From positions 20,400,001 through 20,464,000 of the forward strand of contig NC_086097.1 in assembly GCF_963921235.1 (NCBI RefSeq): DNA of 64,000 nucleotides, in the 5' to 3' direction. The notes under the pieces were generated by a model. The model was not told where the DNA came from. It made no database searches and saw only the letters and a program-made list of their open reading frames with translations. Origin of the DNA: Mobula hypostoma (taxonomy: Eukaryota). Shown piece by piece: positions 13,907-27,431 of the stretch. Every line of letters begins with the position of its first letter. Within the stretch, counting starts at the first letter, position 1. The translations under genes and the position numbers were made by a program.

Positions 13907-13992
13907 GTTGGTAAAAGTTTTGAATTATTATCACATGTACTGGGATACAGTGAAAAGCTTGTCTTGCATACTGTTCATGTCGATCAAATTAT

Positions 13993-14396
13993 GGCTGTGA
14001 AACATGGACCGTGAAAGCAGCTGATGAGAAGAAGTTGACAGCATTTGAGATGTGGACATACAGACAGATCCTCAGGGTATCATACATTGAAAGGAGATCC
14101 AACAGCTTCATCCTAGAGAAGATTGGCACAAAACTGTTGGAAACCGCTGGAAACCGTTATCTAAAGGAAACTTCGCTATTTTGGACACATCTCAAGAACT
14201 GATGACACACTGGAACGCACTGTGCTTGAAGGAAGCCACTCTCGAGGCAGACAGAGGACAACCTGGATCAGCAACATCAAGAAGTGGACCAGCTTCACCA
14301 CCAGAGATGCAAGAGGTTTGATTGCTGACAGATCGCAGTGGAAGAAAGTGGTCGCCAAGGCTCTGGCAGAGTATGGCACATGATGATGATGAGATG
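13993..14396 (+). mobile_element. RTE-clade LINE 3' fragment
   Basis: GCETWTVKAADEKKLTAFEMWTYRQIL; (TGA)n tail; aaattat direct repeat at both ends. Confidence 0.85.
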
Positions 14397-15337
14397 AAAT
14401 TATTACACGGCACATTGAACTTGGACAATGCAGAATAAAAAAGTAAAACAATGCAGAAAAATGTGTAACATCTCTACAGTGTGCAGGTAAATGGTAAGGA
14501 GCAATATGATGAGCTCAAATGAGGGCAAGGGTTTTTTTTTAATTGTACTCTGGAACCATTCAATTTCTTTTAATACTAGGAGAGATTTGCTGTGAATTGA
14601 GTGGTTGCTTGTTTGGCAAACATTCTGCAGTGGGAGTAGTTGAATGGGCTCTATGATCAGGGAATGGTTTGAGAAGCTCCAGAGGTGGGCGTTACCCACC
14701 GACCAGGGCTAACTGTTACCATGCAATCCTCTTAAGTGACGTATCTGGGACTGAGTACAGGGGAGGTCAAGGAGGGTTTATCTTTGAGTTTCTTGCTCTG
14801 TCTTTTCACTTTGTTTCCGTCTTGGCAGGAAGCCTGGTTTCTCTTTTTTCAGTTTCTGTTGTTGTGATGTTGGGGTAATTGATCTTCCTTGCGCTAGCGT
14901 TCAGAGGACCAGTGAAAAAGCCTGTTTGTTTTTTAACATGCAAAATAACATTACCTGAGTATAGCACCTAATCTGTTTATCATGGCATTGTCCGGGATGG
15001 AAACGTGGCAGTGGGGAGATCTCCAACGTTGTGCCTGTTCTGTGTAGATCAGTTTCCTTGCATTACACTGCACGGTCAGCAGCATAATGCAGATGTGTAA
15101 TTGAAACAAACTGGTGACAGGTACTTCCTGACTGGCTGAGTGAGGAAAATTTTAATGTTTCGGATCAATAATGCCATATTCATATAGATAATGCCTCTCA
15201 GTCCTCCCCTGCCGTTCAATAAGACCTTAGCTGACTCTGACTGTTAGAGTCTTGCTTGTGTGACCAGCTTTGCTATTGGTGAAGCATGGTTACAAATGAA
15301 GACCTGGACAAAAAGCGTGTTCAGCTTGAGAGGCATT

Positions 15338-16790
15338 TCAAACACTTCCTGTACTTGTATCAGCTTCAGTGGGGGACCGCCATGCAGAATATGACCCGTC
15401 TACAACCACTCTTTGTCTTCTGTGGGCAAGCCAGTACTTGATCCACAAAGCAATGCCCCCTTGGATTCCATGCCTCCTTACTTTCTCAATAAGCCTTGCA
15501 TGGGGTACCTCATCAAATGCCTTGCTAAAATCCATAAACACTACATTTACTGCTCTTCCTTCATGAATGTGTTTAGTCACATCCTCAAAAAATTCAATCA
15601 GGCTGGTAGGGGATGATCTGCCCTTGACAAAGCCATGCTGACTATTCCTGATCATATTATACCTCTCCAAATGTTCATAAATCCTGCCTCTCAGGATCTT
15701 CTCCATCAACTTACCAACCACTGAAGTAAGACTCACTGGTCTATAATTTCCTGACTATCTCTACTCCCTTTCTTGAATAAAGGAACAACATCCGCAACCC
15801 TCCAATCCTCCGGAACCTCTCCCGTCCCCATTGATGATTCAAAGATCATCGCCAGAGGCTCAGCAATCTCCTCCCTTGCCTCCCACGGTAGCCTGGGGTA
15901 TGTTTCATCCGGTCCCGGCGACTTATCCAACTTGATGCTTACCAAAAGCTCCAGCACATCCTCTTTCTTAATATCTACATGCTCAAACTTTTCAGTCTGC
16001 TGCAAGTCAGCACTACAATCACCAAGATCCTTTTCCATAATGAATACTGAAGTAAAGTATTCATTAAGTACCTCTGCTATTTCCTCTGGTTCCATACACA
16101 CTTTCCCACTGTCACACTTGATAGGTCCTATTCTTTCACATTTTATCCTCTTGCTCTTCACTTGTAGAATGCCTTGGGGTTTTCCTTAATCCTGTCTGCC
16201 AAGGCCTCCTCATGGCCCCTTCTGGCTCTCCTAATTTCCTTTTTAAGCTCCTTCCTGTAGCCTTAGAATCTTCTAGATCTCTAACATTACCTGGTTCTCT
16301 AATCCTTTTGTAAGCTTTTCTTTTCTTCTTGACTAAATTTATTACAGCCTTTGTACACCATGGTTCCTGTACTCTACCATAACTTCCCTGTCTCATTGGA
16401 ACATACCTATGCAGAACTCCACACAAATATCCCCTGAATATTTGCCACATTCCTTCCGTACTTTTCCCTGAGAACATCTGTTTCCAATTTAAGCCTCCAA
16501 TTTCCTGCCTGATAACCTCATAATTCCCCTTACTCCAATTAAACACTTTTCTAACTTGTCTGTTCCTATCTCTCTCCAATGCTATTGTAAAGGAGATAGA
16601 ATTATGATCACTATCTCCAAAATGCTCTCCCACTGAGAGATCTGACACCTGACCAGGTTCATTTCCCAATACCAAATCAAGTACAGTCTCTCCTCTTGTA
16701 GGCTTATCTACATATTGTGTCAGGAAACCTTCCTGAACACATCTAACAAACTCCACCCCATCTAAACCCCTTGCTCTAGGGAGATGCCAA
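15338..16790 (-). mobile_element. CR1 LINE ORF2 fragment (endonuclease end, linker, RT N-terminus), frameshifted
   Basis: FLTQYVDKPTRG..LDLVLGN, SDHNSI, KSPGPD, VPEDWRVADVVPLFKKG, SLTSVVGKLME, QHGFVKGRS, DFSKAFD in three successive frames. Confidence 0.93.
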
Positions 16791-16799
16791 TCGACTTTA

Positions 16800-17330
16800 T
16801 GAGGGGTGGGTCATACCTTATGAGCTTGATGAATTTTTTTTTGAGAATGTGACAGTTTATTGCTGAAGGTAGAGTAGTGGACATGATGCATATGTGTATA
16901 TATAAGATGCTTGATAAAGGTTTCCCATGGTAGGATCCTTCAGAAAGTCAGGTGTGGAATCCTAGGAAACTTGGCCGTGTGGATACAGCTTTGGCTTTCC
17001 CATAGAAGGTAGTAAATGGAGAGTATTGTGCCTGGAAAATGGTGGAAAGTGGTATTCTGATCTGGTTCCCTGCTCTTTGTGATTTTTATAAATGACTTGG
17101 ATGGGGAGGTGGAAGGGTGGGTTAGTAAGTTTGCAGATGACACCAAAGTCGGTGGAGTTGTGGATAGTGTGGATGGTAGTTTGTTGCAATGGGACATTGA
17201 CAGGATGCAGAACTGGGATGAGGCAGCAGATGGAACTCAATCCAGAAAAATGTGAAGTGGCTCATTTTTGGAAGGTTGAATTTGAAAGCAGAATACAGAG
17301 TTCATGGGAAGAGTTCCTGGGAGGTGTAGA
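16800..17330 (+). mobile_element. Older CR1 RT fragment
   Basis: tttataaatgacttggat...agtaagtttgcagatgacaccaaa (FINDL...SKFADDTK). Confidence 0.85.
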
Positions 17331-18377
17331 TACACATTCTAATTATTTTGTACATGTGGAGCATCTCATCCTACCATTGAGGTGCTGAATTCAAAGTGTT
17401 TGATCCCTTGGACAAAATACTTCTGAGTAAACAATGTGAATCTTTTCAAAACTCCTTAGTTCGCTACACAGCATTTTCTTTGCCTTTTGGCCTGAAACCT
17501 CATCCCCCTCTTCCTCCACAGATCTGAGTTCCTCCAGCAGATTATTTTTTTTGCTCCCCGTTAACAACTCCGGACATTGGGATCAAACCCAATTGCTGGA
17601 GACAAGGACACTGCTTCCCCACTGTGTTGCCTTGTCACTTAGTTGCCTGCCAAGTTTGTGCACACTCATCCCTGCCTTTCCCATTTGAGAATGCCTCCGA
17701 TCTTGGCCTGCCAATTGGGAATTGTTACACACATCAATGGAATATTGAGGTTTTGATTGTATTACACTCTGGCCTGGTCTTCTTGGAGTTCTATGCACTT
17801 AAACTTTTTTGCACCTTTTCATATTATTGCCAACCTTTTCTGGACACTTTGTGATCTCTGCCTTTGGCTTGCCATCCATCTCCAAAGTTTCCAGGTATAT
17901 CCCGAGAGCATATTGATGCATCTGATCTTGTATTGGTTACGGTCATGATGGGTGACCGTGTGTGTGTATGTGTGTGTGTGTTGCTTTGTCCATAGTAAAT
18001 TACCTTTCGGGGAAAGCAGAGATTATTTTTCACATGCTATTAGAGGAATTATTAATCACTAGCGTGGTTTTGTTTGGGTAGGAATATTGGTGAGGTACGT
18101 TAATTGGAGCACACTATGTTTCCCTGGAGTTCTGTCAGGGTTATTTTGCACCCACATGAACAAGAAGCTGCTGAGAGGTCAGCTCACCTTCAGTGCTGAC
18201 CTCCCAGCCCAGTCCTTGGACAAACTGGAACCCATAAACTCCTGAGAGCAGTGAAAGAGCTGAGTGTCGTAGTTAGCCATGCTTCCAGCATCTTTGCCGA
18301 TTAGTATCGGCACTTGTGTATCAGCTGTTATAATAATGAACTGTTAGAGTTGTTTCTTCTAATATTGTGTCAAGCTG

Positions 18378-18525
18378 ACACACAAAATGCTGGAGGAACT
18401 CAGCAGGTCAGGCAGCACCTATGGAAAGGAATAAGCAGTGGATTTTTCAGGGTGAGGTGCTGAGTTCCTCCAGCATTTTGCGTGCGTTGCTCTGGATTTC
18501 CAGCACCTGAAGAGTCTCTTGTGTT
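18378..18525. mobile_element. Fold-back Penelope pLTR unit (centre deleted)
   Basis: acacaaaatgctggaggaactcagc ... gctgagttcctccagcattttgcgtg inverted arms. Confidence 0.7.
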
Positions 18526-20307
18526 GGTGTCTATATTCAAGCTGATTGTCAGTCTAAGCATTTCTCCCTCAAGTTCCACCAGGATTCACCTCCAGCAGAA
18601 ATAATTCTTCTGGTCTCTATAGGGGAAAAAAAAAACCCTCATCTTTTCTGAGTTAATATTCAGTATCTCAAAAGAAGGGATATGATAACCTTTTTGGTTT
18701 ATTCATTCACAAACTGAGGGGTCACTAGCAGGCCAATGCTTGTACTTGATCATTTGATCTCACAATGAGTGACTTATCAGGCTATCTTGGACAAAACCTA
18801 CCACATTACCGTGGCTGTGTAGTCACTTAGGTCAGACTGGTTATGGACAGCAGAATTCATGACAACACACACAAAATGCAGATCGAGTAGTATCTATGGA
18901 GGGAAATAAATATTTGATTTTTCAGTCCTGATGAATGGTCTTGGGCTGAAATGTTGACCATTTATTCCCCTGGATCCCAGGTCTCCTGACTTTCTCAATG
19001 AGCCTACCATAAGGAACCTTGTCAGATGCCATACCTAAAATCTATATACACCACATCCACTGCTCTGTCTTCATCAATTTGTTTCATCACTTCCTCACAG
19101 ACTCTGGCTCATGAAGCACAACCTGCCCCTCACAAAGCCATGCTTCTCCAAATGCTTGTAAACCTGATGTCTAAGGTTCCTCTCCAGTCATTTACCTGCC
19201 ACTGACATAAGACTCATAGGTCCATAATTCCCAGAATTGTCCCTATTACTTTTCTTGATCAAAGGAATAGCATAACAAAGGATAATCCTACGAACATTGT
19301 CAGAACAACTGACGCTCTGAATTTCCTGTTTTTTTTCTCCCCATCCTTGCACTTTAAGTCATCGCAATGCAATCTATGAGACTCAGCCCACTGAGTCTGC
19401 CAACCTACCATCTCACTAGCCAGATCCCCCAATTCTTCTTGGTTGCCCCCTTCCCCTGCTTCGTCTGTCCTTCATTTTCACACAAGAGTCTGTGACAGGT
19501 AATTGACATGTAACACACCCATTTTAAAGATGTGGAAGGAAACTTGTGCGGTCACAGGGAGAACTTGAAAACTCCACCTCGATAGCACCAGAAGTCAGGA
19601 ACGGAGCCAGGCTGATGGATCTGTGAGATGCTGTTTCTACCAACTGCACTGTGTATTGCACCCTGTGTGTGGACCATCTCAAATGGACGGAGGAATTTAT
19701 TAGCTCTGTTTTGACCCCTGGATTCCCACATATGTGGTTCTAGGTTAAAATAGTTAACAACGGTTGGTGGAAGTGATATGACAGCATGCGATTTGATACT
19801 CCCAGAGAACAAATGGGGTTTGTATCTAACTCTCAGATATGTGCAATGTACGCAGGGCCCTTAGCGTTGTTGAGGGTTTCTCTCCTCCACCCCACAATCC
19901 CTTTGACCCCTTTATCATCAGGCAGGAGGTACTGCAGCATTAGGACGAGAGCTGTTAGGGTGAGAAACAGCTTCTCTCCCCTCCCCCGGCTGTAGGACCG
20001 TTGAACTCCCTTCCACCACCCGCGTCTCATCACTTACGAAGTGCCAATAGCGTTATACTGTTTACTTTTTAACTTGTGTTGTAAATGCACCTGACGCTAA
20101 ATGTCAGTCTTCTGGAATATATTTTATTATTTGTTACTTTATTTGTGGAAGTGTTACGCTGTGTGAGAGTTATATGGACTGTCTTGCACGTTGATTCAGA
20201 GCATTGTTTCGTTTGGTGGTCTCGTATGTGGTTGAATGGCGCTGAACTTGGAATGAAGGATTTTCGTTGGGTTTGTATTTTAAACTCATTCCTCTTTCAA
20301 ATTGCAG

Positions 20308-20489
20308 ATCCTCAAACACGAATGGCCCAAAAATTGGCCGACGTTTATAAGTGATATAGTAGGAGCCAGCAGAACCAGCGAGTCTCTGTGTCAGAATAAC
20401 ATGGTCATTCTGAAGCTGCTTAGTGAGGAGGTGTTCGATTTCTCCAGTGGGCAGATGACGCAGGTGAAGGCCAAGCATTTAAAAGACAG
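20308..20489 (+). CDS. XPO1: Exportin-1 exon 7
   Basis: gcag|[61 protein letters not shown]|gtggg, 182 nt. Confidence 0.97.
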
Positions 20490-20774
20490 GTGGGTGCACC
20501 GACATACCCTAAAGGTCTCCTTTTTGCCCATGCATCAGCCTCTCTACGTTAAACAATGTCATCTACAGGCATTTCCCCGTCAAGGGCATAACCCCTTAGG
20601 AGATCATCATACTCAACTCAAGTGATGGTATTTCTACTACCTTTGCTGACATGAGAGATGGTGTGAGCTGCTGCTGGTAGGAGATTTGTAATGGTGTGCA
20701 TTCTGCTTCTCAGCTGAAGGCCCAAGCCCTTCCCCGACCAGCTGGTTGTTTACCTTGCGCAGTCTTGTATAGTG

Positions 20775-20966
20775 AACACAAAATGCTGCAGGAACTCAGC
20801 AGGTCAGGCAGCATCTGTAGAGGGGAATAAATACTCGACGTTTTGGGCAGAGTCCTGGTGAAGGGTCTCGGCCGGAAATGTCTACTGTTTATTCCCCTCA
20901 ATACGTGCTGCCTGACCTGCTGAGTGCCTCCAGCATGCTGTGTGTGCTGCTCTGGATTTCCAGCAC
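20775..20966. mobile_element. Fold-back Penelope pLTR unit
   Basis: Same inverted arms; decayed hammerhead at 20851-20886. Confidence 0.75.
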
Positions 20967-21736
20967 CTTGTGTCGATGGAGTGAATATTGGCTGTCTGTC
21001 CCAGCAGGGCTGGCAATCAGGCTTGATGTTGCAGAACTTGCTCTGTCATCTGGAATGAGGCGGAAAGAAAGAAAACTGGTTCAGAAGTCGATTTCTACGA
21101 GGGAGTTGAATTTACACTTGAAAATGAAAAGTTTACAGGAAAAGAACACTGAGCATGGGTCTAATTGGAAACTTCTTTGGAAGCGACGGGCCAAATCTCT
21201 GCCAATGTTGTGTTTATCGATGTAACAAGTAATATTAGCGGGAGTGGATCTGTGACACAGTGCTTAAGCAGGGATGGGCCCCATCTATCAGGTGCTTGGA
21301 GTCAGCATCAGACATCACAGGAGATGAATGATTTGTCCGTGCATATCGAAACATACAATGAAAAGTGTCGTTTGCGTTAACAGCCAGCAGTCAGCACCCT
21401 TTGGTTAGCAGTGGGAGTTGTGGGCTAATGATATTCTCCCTCTTTCGCCACCTTCCTGTCTTCCCTTCAACCCAAGCCTCCAGCCTGATTATGTGTGGCT
21501 GTGTATTGCCAGTCTAGTGGGGGTGGGGATTGGATTTTGCCAGTAGTGGGAGTGTCAGAGGCCAAATTTGCCAGATGCTGTAAAGTTGTCATGTGAAACT
21601 GGCAGGAATGTCTTGTATCGATAGTAGCAGGAATTTGTAGATGAAAATAAATATCTCAGCAAAGTTCTACTAATTCTAATAACTTCCTCGTGTAAGATTG
21701 TGTTTGATTTTATTTTCCCTCTGTTTCTTTCCACAG

Positions 21737-21785
21737 TATGTGCAATGAATTCTCTCAGATATTTCAGCTCTGTCAGTTTGTAATG
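21737..21785 (+). CDS. XPO1: Exportin-1 exon 8
   Basis: acag|(S)MCNEFSQIFQLCQFVM|gtgag, 49 nt. Confidence 0.96.
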
Positions 21786-22091
21786 GTGAGTAAAAACTCC
21801 CGGTGGACTTTGATCTAACCTGAACCGCTTTTTAAAAACAAAATCAAAATTGGTGTTCACTGTTGATACTGAGCAGGCTGACCATCCTCTGGCTGTTTTA
21901 ACTTGGGAATTCTGTTGTATTTAATTCATGATTCAAAATTCTTTAATGTCATTTCCAGTACACAAGTGTAAAAGAGAACACAATAATTGATACTCTGGAC
22001 CTGAGGCAGCATAATATAACACAGTAAGATAAAGAACACAATGATTAAACAAAAACACAATAAATATAAATGCATAAGCTAGCTTATGCCT

Positions 22092-23688
22092 TAAAATGCC
22101 TTGTAAAAGTATTCAGCCGCCAACCCTTTGTTCACAAAAATGAGTATTACAACCAGGGATTTTGATCAATTGAACTATTTATTTGTGGATCACAATCTCC
22201 TTTTTTTTCTGCAGTACAGAGTCCCTGAAAAACAAACTGTAAAGCATAAAAGACTTAAAAATTGAGAAACTGAAAATGCCCGCAGTTCAAAAGTATTCAC
22301 CCTCCCTTTGCTCAGTACCTGTCCAAACCACCTCTCACAGCTATTACAGCTATTTGGATAAGTCTTTGCATTGCGTGACGAAGCAAGATTTGCTCATTCC
22401 TCCCTGCATAATTTATCAAGCTATGCCACGTTAGTTGGGAGTAGAGCTGGACAGCAATCTTGAGGTCTTGCCAGAAATGTTCAATTGGGTTAACGTTAGG
22501 ACTCTCTGGGCCACTCAAGAACATCATTTGAAGCCATTCCATGTATGCTCTGGCAGTGTGCTTTGGGTCGCTGCCCTGCTGAAAGACAAACATCCTCCCC
22601 TGTTTAAGCTTTCTGGCAGAGACTAGCAGGTTTTTTAAAATCCAGGATCTCTCTGTACTTAGCAGCATTCATTTTCCCAACAATCCTGACCAAATTTCCA
22701 GTACCTGCTGCTGAAAAGCATCCCCATAGCACGATGCTAACTCCACCATACTTTGCAGTAGGGATGGTGTAACCAGGCTGATATGCAGTACTAGATTTGC
22801 ATCACATGTACCATCTTAGCATTGAGGCCAAAATGTTCCACTTCAGTCACATCCGACCACAAGACCTTCTTCCACACCTTTACAGGATCTTCTAAGTGAT
22901 GCTTTGCGAAGACTTCACAGGCAAGGATGTGCTTTTTTTTAGCCGGGACCTCTTCCTTATCACTCTTCCATAAGTGCCATTTTTGAGCAAGGCCTTGGAG
23001 ATTGTGGAGCCATGAACTTCATCTCCAGTTGCAGCTACTAACTTCTGCAGCTCACTCAGCTGATATCACAGTAGCCTCTCTCACAACATCATTCTTCTCC
23101 AGTGACTGAGTTTAGAAGGGAGGCCTGGCCTAGGCAGTGTCACTGTGATTTCATACTTCTTCCACGTTTTCATGATGGACTGCACTGAGCTCCAACGTCT
23201 CTTCAGTGTCTTTGAGATGGTCTTGTACCCTTCCCCAGATTTGTGCTTAATTGTTAACATTCCCTGAATTGCCTTGAATGCTCTTTTGTCTTCATTTTGG
23301 TTTGGTCTGTTAAAAATGTACCATACTATTGGACCTTACAGACATGGGGGTATTTATTCTTATGAATTCATTGAAAACAGGTGACCCTCCAATTTCCTAC
23401 ATTTACAAATTGGGTGAGTTGGTAAGGTAATATACAGGAGTGCACCTGAGCAAAGCTGGCATAGTAATTCCAGAGGGGGTGAATACTTCTTCAGCCTCTC
23501 AATTTTGGTTTTTTAATTTTAAGTAAATTGTTGACAGATTATTGAATATTTCTTTTGATTTGACATGATGTACAATATTTTGTAGATTAGATCAAAAAAT
23601 CCTACTTCAGTATATTTTAAATTTAGAAAATGAGTCAGTAACATGTGAAAATAGTTGTGAGGTCTAAATACTATTTCAAGGCAGTCTA
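22092..23688 (-). mobile_element. Degenerate full-length Tc1-family transposon; transposase pseudogene about 23295->22312
   Basis: Ends TA-aaatgccttgtaaaagtattca / aatactatttcaaggcagtc-TA; ATG MKTKEHSRQ at 23295; FVFQQGSDPKHTA and SPNVNPIEHFWQDLK DDE-domain motifs; frameshifted. Confidence 0.88.
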
Positions 23689-23779
23689 TACATACTTTAT
23701 ACATCCATAGAGTGACGCTAGGCATAGGTGTGTCTGTACATAAAGGTGACTCTAACACAAGATGATAAAGTAGTGGTGG

Positions 23780-24240
23780 GCAAACACGAGGAAATATGCA
23801 GATGCTGGAATTTCAAGCAACACACATCAAAGTTGCCGGTGAACGCAGCAGGCCAGGCAGCATCTCTAGGAAGAGGTACAGTCAACGTTTCGGGCCGAGA
23901 CCCCTCGTCAGGACTAACTGAAGGAAGAGCTAGTAAGAGATTTGAAAGTGGGAGGGGGAGGGGGAGATCCAAAATGATAGGAGAAGACAGGAGGGGGAGG
24001 GATAGAGCCAAGAGCTGGACAGGTGGACAGGCAAAAGGGATATGAGAGGATCATGGGACAGGAGGCTCAGGGAGAAAGAAAATGGGGAGGGGTGAAAACT
24101 AGAGGATGGGCAAGGGGTATAGTGAGAGGGACAGAGGGAGAAAAAGGAGAGAGAGAAAAAGAATGTGTGTATATAAATAAATAACGGATGGGGTATGAGG
24201 GGGAGATGGGGCATTAGCGGAAGTTTGAGAAGTCAATGTT
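23780..24240 (-). mobile_element. 5'-truncated Penelope-like insertion
   Basis: ORF tail NIDFSNFR* (24240->24214), purine-rich UTR and pLTR very similar to 50901-51334. Confidence 0.85.
23880..23915 (-). ncRNA. Minimal hammerhead motif in Penelope 3' end
   Basis: reverse complement agtc CTGACGA g gggt-ctcg-gccc GAAA cg TT gact (GUU triplet). Confidence 0.75.
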
Positions 24241-24542
24241 CTAAGTGTTGATCAGCCTTACTGCCAAGTCCATAAGCAGGGTGGATGGGATCCTTCATGA
24301 AGTTGCTGTTTTTTTCCGGCACCTGTCTGTATACATGTCCTTGGTGGTGGGTAGGCTGGTGCCAGTGATGCATTGTTGCCCTTTCCTGTCCACCGCATGC
24401 AGTGGTGCAGCATGTTAAGATGCTGTCTGCTGCGCATCTGTAGGACGAATATTGACGTACAGAGTCCAGCTTCCTTCAGCCTCCTTGCTGTTCGCCTTGC
24501 AATACCTGGTGTTAGACCTGATGTTAATTTGTCTATTTGCAG

Positions 24543-24662
24543 GAGAACTCTCAGAATGCTCCTTTAGTCCACGCAACACTGGAGACGTTGCTGCGATTTC
24601 TGAACTGGATTCCTTTAGGTTACATCTTCGAAACCAAACTCATCAGCAGCTTAGTGTACAAG
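24543..24662 (+). CDS. XPO1: Exportin-1 exon 9
   Basis: gcag|ENSQNAPLVHATLETLLRFLNWIPLGYIFETKLISSLVYK|gtgag, 120 nt. Confidence 0.97.
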
Positions 24663-24876
24663 GTGAGATTCCTTGATCATCTGTCACAGGACACAAATGT
24701 TCACGTTTAAATCGTAAGTCTTTTGTTTAAGCTGTTGTCTGTTTGCAGTTATGTATTGTTCACTTGTGAGGTTCTTAAATTCACGGTTACTGTATGAAGT
24801 TGGAGTTTTTCCTCTTGGAAGCTTTTCCATATCCTTCCAGTTTCTTCCTCTTGATTGTTCTATGTGCACACTCGAG

Positions 24877-24883
<7 letters not shown>

Positions 24884-24935
<52 letters not shown>
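24884..24935. repeat. (CA)n microsatellite; (TG)n tracts also at 3818-3850 and 8164-8198
   Basis: Directly visible. Confidence 0.97.
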
Positions 24936-24937
<2 letters not shown>

Positions 24938-26079
24938 CACAGTTACTTCCATTCTACTTTACTGAAACATTGCATTAGATGATGCATCCATTTGCCGATG
25001 TTTGGCCCATATCTGTCTAAACCTATAAATATTTGACCAGCTGTGAGCAATTTGCATGTTATGGTCCTGGAAGTTTGGAAAGAGATTTTGCTCTTGTCCA
25101 CTGTTACTTGATTATCCTAAACCTTCAGATGCTTGGTGTTTTTGCACCAATAATGGGAGATAGGTGGAGGTTGTGGCAGATTGGTTTAGACCTTATTGTG
25201 GCCCCATCTCACTGTGTGGAATTTACAAACGTTTGTACTTTTGACCTGCTGTGCAAGTCCTGTCTCTGAGGGAAAGACTCACTTAAATACAAAATTAAAA
25301 CCATAGCCAATCTGCACTTGTACTTTGCTTGTCCATAATTATAACAATCTCATTACGTGCTGCTGATCTCAAGTAATGACTAAAAACTGAATGTTTTATC
25401 AGAGTGTCCACCCCTTCTGGTTTGCACAATTGGATCCCATTGGGCTTTGTTTTGGTGGCAGGGTCCATTCAGACGGTTACGAGTGAGTGAGATCTCTGGT
25501 CAACCATGTAGTTGTACTGAAGGCTTCCTTTAATCTGAAGGGCATGAATGGATGTGACAGACCAGAATTGGCTTTCTGGAGTGTCTTTGATGTACATAGC
25601 TGAAGTTGACTGCACCATTTTAGTGACAAGAGACTTGTATCTGTGTGAACCAGTTAATGATATTTTTAAGCCAAAATGCTCTTGAATGGCAGAGCAAGTT
25701 TAAAGATCCATATGGTCTACCTTTTGCATTCATTCCATTCAGTATAACTAAGAGTGAGTGTTCTGCAGGTAAAATTTTCCTTTATTGGGAAACTTGTCAT
25801 GGGATGTGGATCAGAATGGAGTTGGAGTTCAGCCTTCATCCGATTGAATGCCTAAATCGGTAAAAGGGATGAATGGTCCATTTGTGTTCTTCCGACATTT
25901 TTGTCAATGCAGCACCTCAGCCTGGATTATGTATTTAACATTGGCAACAATTGTTAGTTAATGTAAAAGGAAAAAGTCCCTGGGTGGGCGAGCATTAGTC
26001 TTTCAGGATTTGAACTGTGACTTGTTAGGTGTTGGGTTGGGAGTCCAATGATACTGAGACTGGAAGATCTGCAACCTGT

Positions 26080-26760
26080 AGAAGTTTGGGAAAATTCAAC
26101 ACGACATCTAAAACACTGGCAAACTTCCGTGCATGTGTAGTGGAGAGTATATTGACTGGCTGCATCGAAGCCTGGTATGGAAACATCAATGCCCTTGAAC
26201 AGAAGATTCTACAAAATGTAGTGGATATGGCCCAGTCCACCATGGTTAAAGCCCTCCCCCACAATTGAACACATCTGCGTGCAGTGTGGTTGCAGGAAAG
26301 CAGCGTCCATCATCTGGGATCCCCACCACCCAGGTCATGCTCTCTACTCATAGTTGCTCGCAGGAAGGTACAGGAGCCTCAGGACTCATCGTCAGGTTTA
26401 AGAACAGTCATTACTCCTCAACCATCAGGCTCTTGAACCAGAGGGGATTACTTTACTCACCTTCACTTGCCCTATAACTGAACTGTTCCCACAACCAATA
26501 GACACTTCATCTCATGTTCTTGATATTTATTGCTTGCTTGTTTGTTTATTTGTTCGTTTATTTATTTATTATTTTATTTTATATTTGCAGAGTTTGTTGC
26601 CTTTTGCACATTGGTTGTGTGCCCTGTTGATTGGTGTCTTTCATTGATTCTGTTACGTTTATTGGACTTATTGAGTATGTCTGCAAGAAAATGAATCCCG
26701 GGATTGAATGTATATGGTGACATTGATGTATTTTGAACTTTACTTTGAGCTTTGAATTTT
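26080..26760 (+). mobile_element. Rex1/Babar-like LINE 3' fragment (related pieces about 19860-20250, 36414-37370, 40225-40460, 49830-50010)
   Basis: ESILTGCIEAWYGN; sister copy reads KDPTHP...LPSGRRLCSIHARTTGLKNSYF. Confidence 0.7.
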
Positions 26761-27431
26761 TTTTGGACTTTGAAGATGAGCTATTTGTTATCAGCAAGTA
26801 TGCAGAATTGTCCCTGTGGTCCTAACATTCTTTCCAATCTTTTTGCTGGGGATCATAACTGATAGGAACAGAATTAGGCTATTTGGCTCATTGAGTCTGC
26901 TCTGCAATTCTATCATGGTTTATCTACTACCCCCTCAACTCCATTCTCCTGACTTCTCCCTGTAAACTTTGACACCTTTACCAATCAAGAACCTATCAAC
27001 CTCTGCTTTAAATGTACCCAAAGACTTGGCTCCTGAACTGCCTGTGGCAATGAATTCCACTGATTCACCACCCTCTGGAAAAGAAATTCCTTCTTATCTC
27101 TGTTCTAAGATAATAGATTGACACATGGACTTTCTCCCATGAAATGTGCTCAATTAATTGAGAAATGTGGTTAGTATTTTCATTTGGACTTTAAATATTT
27201 GTGCATATTGATATATGTGTAATTTCCTCTTGTGGCAGGTTATGATTAAAAGCTCTGCTCCCCATGAAAAGGAGTGGGAGTTTGGAGATAATAGGAGATG
27301 GACGTGCCTGGAGTTCAGATTATTTAAAGCTGCATACATACTGTGCTTTACTACTTTGTGTTTCTACCATTAATTCTGATATTCACATAAATATTGACAA
27401 CTACTAGTTTGAGTTCATCATATTTTAGTTG

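Noticed and set aside
15338..17330. Single CR1 with a twin-priming inversion
   Set aside because: The two opposed pieces overlap in RT coordinates and differ visibly in decay, so independent insertions are more likely.
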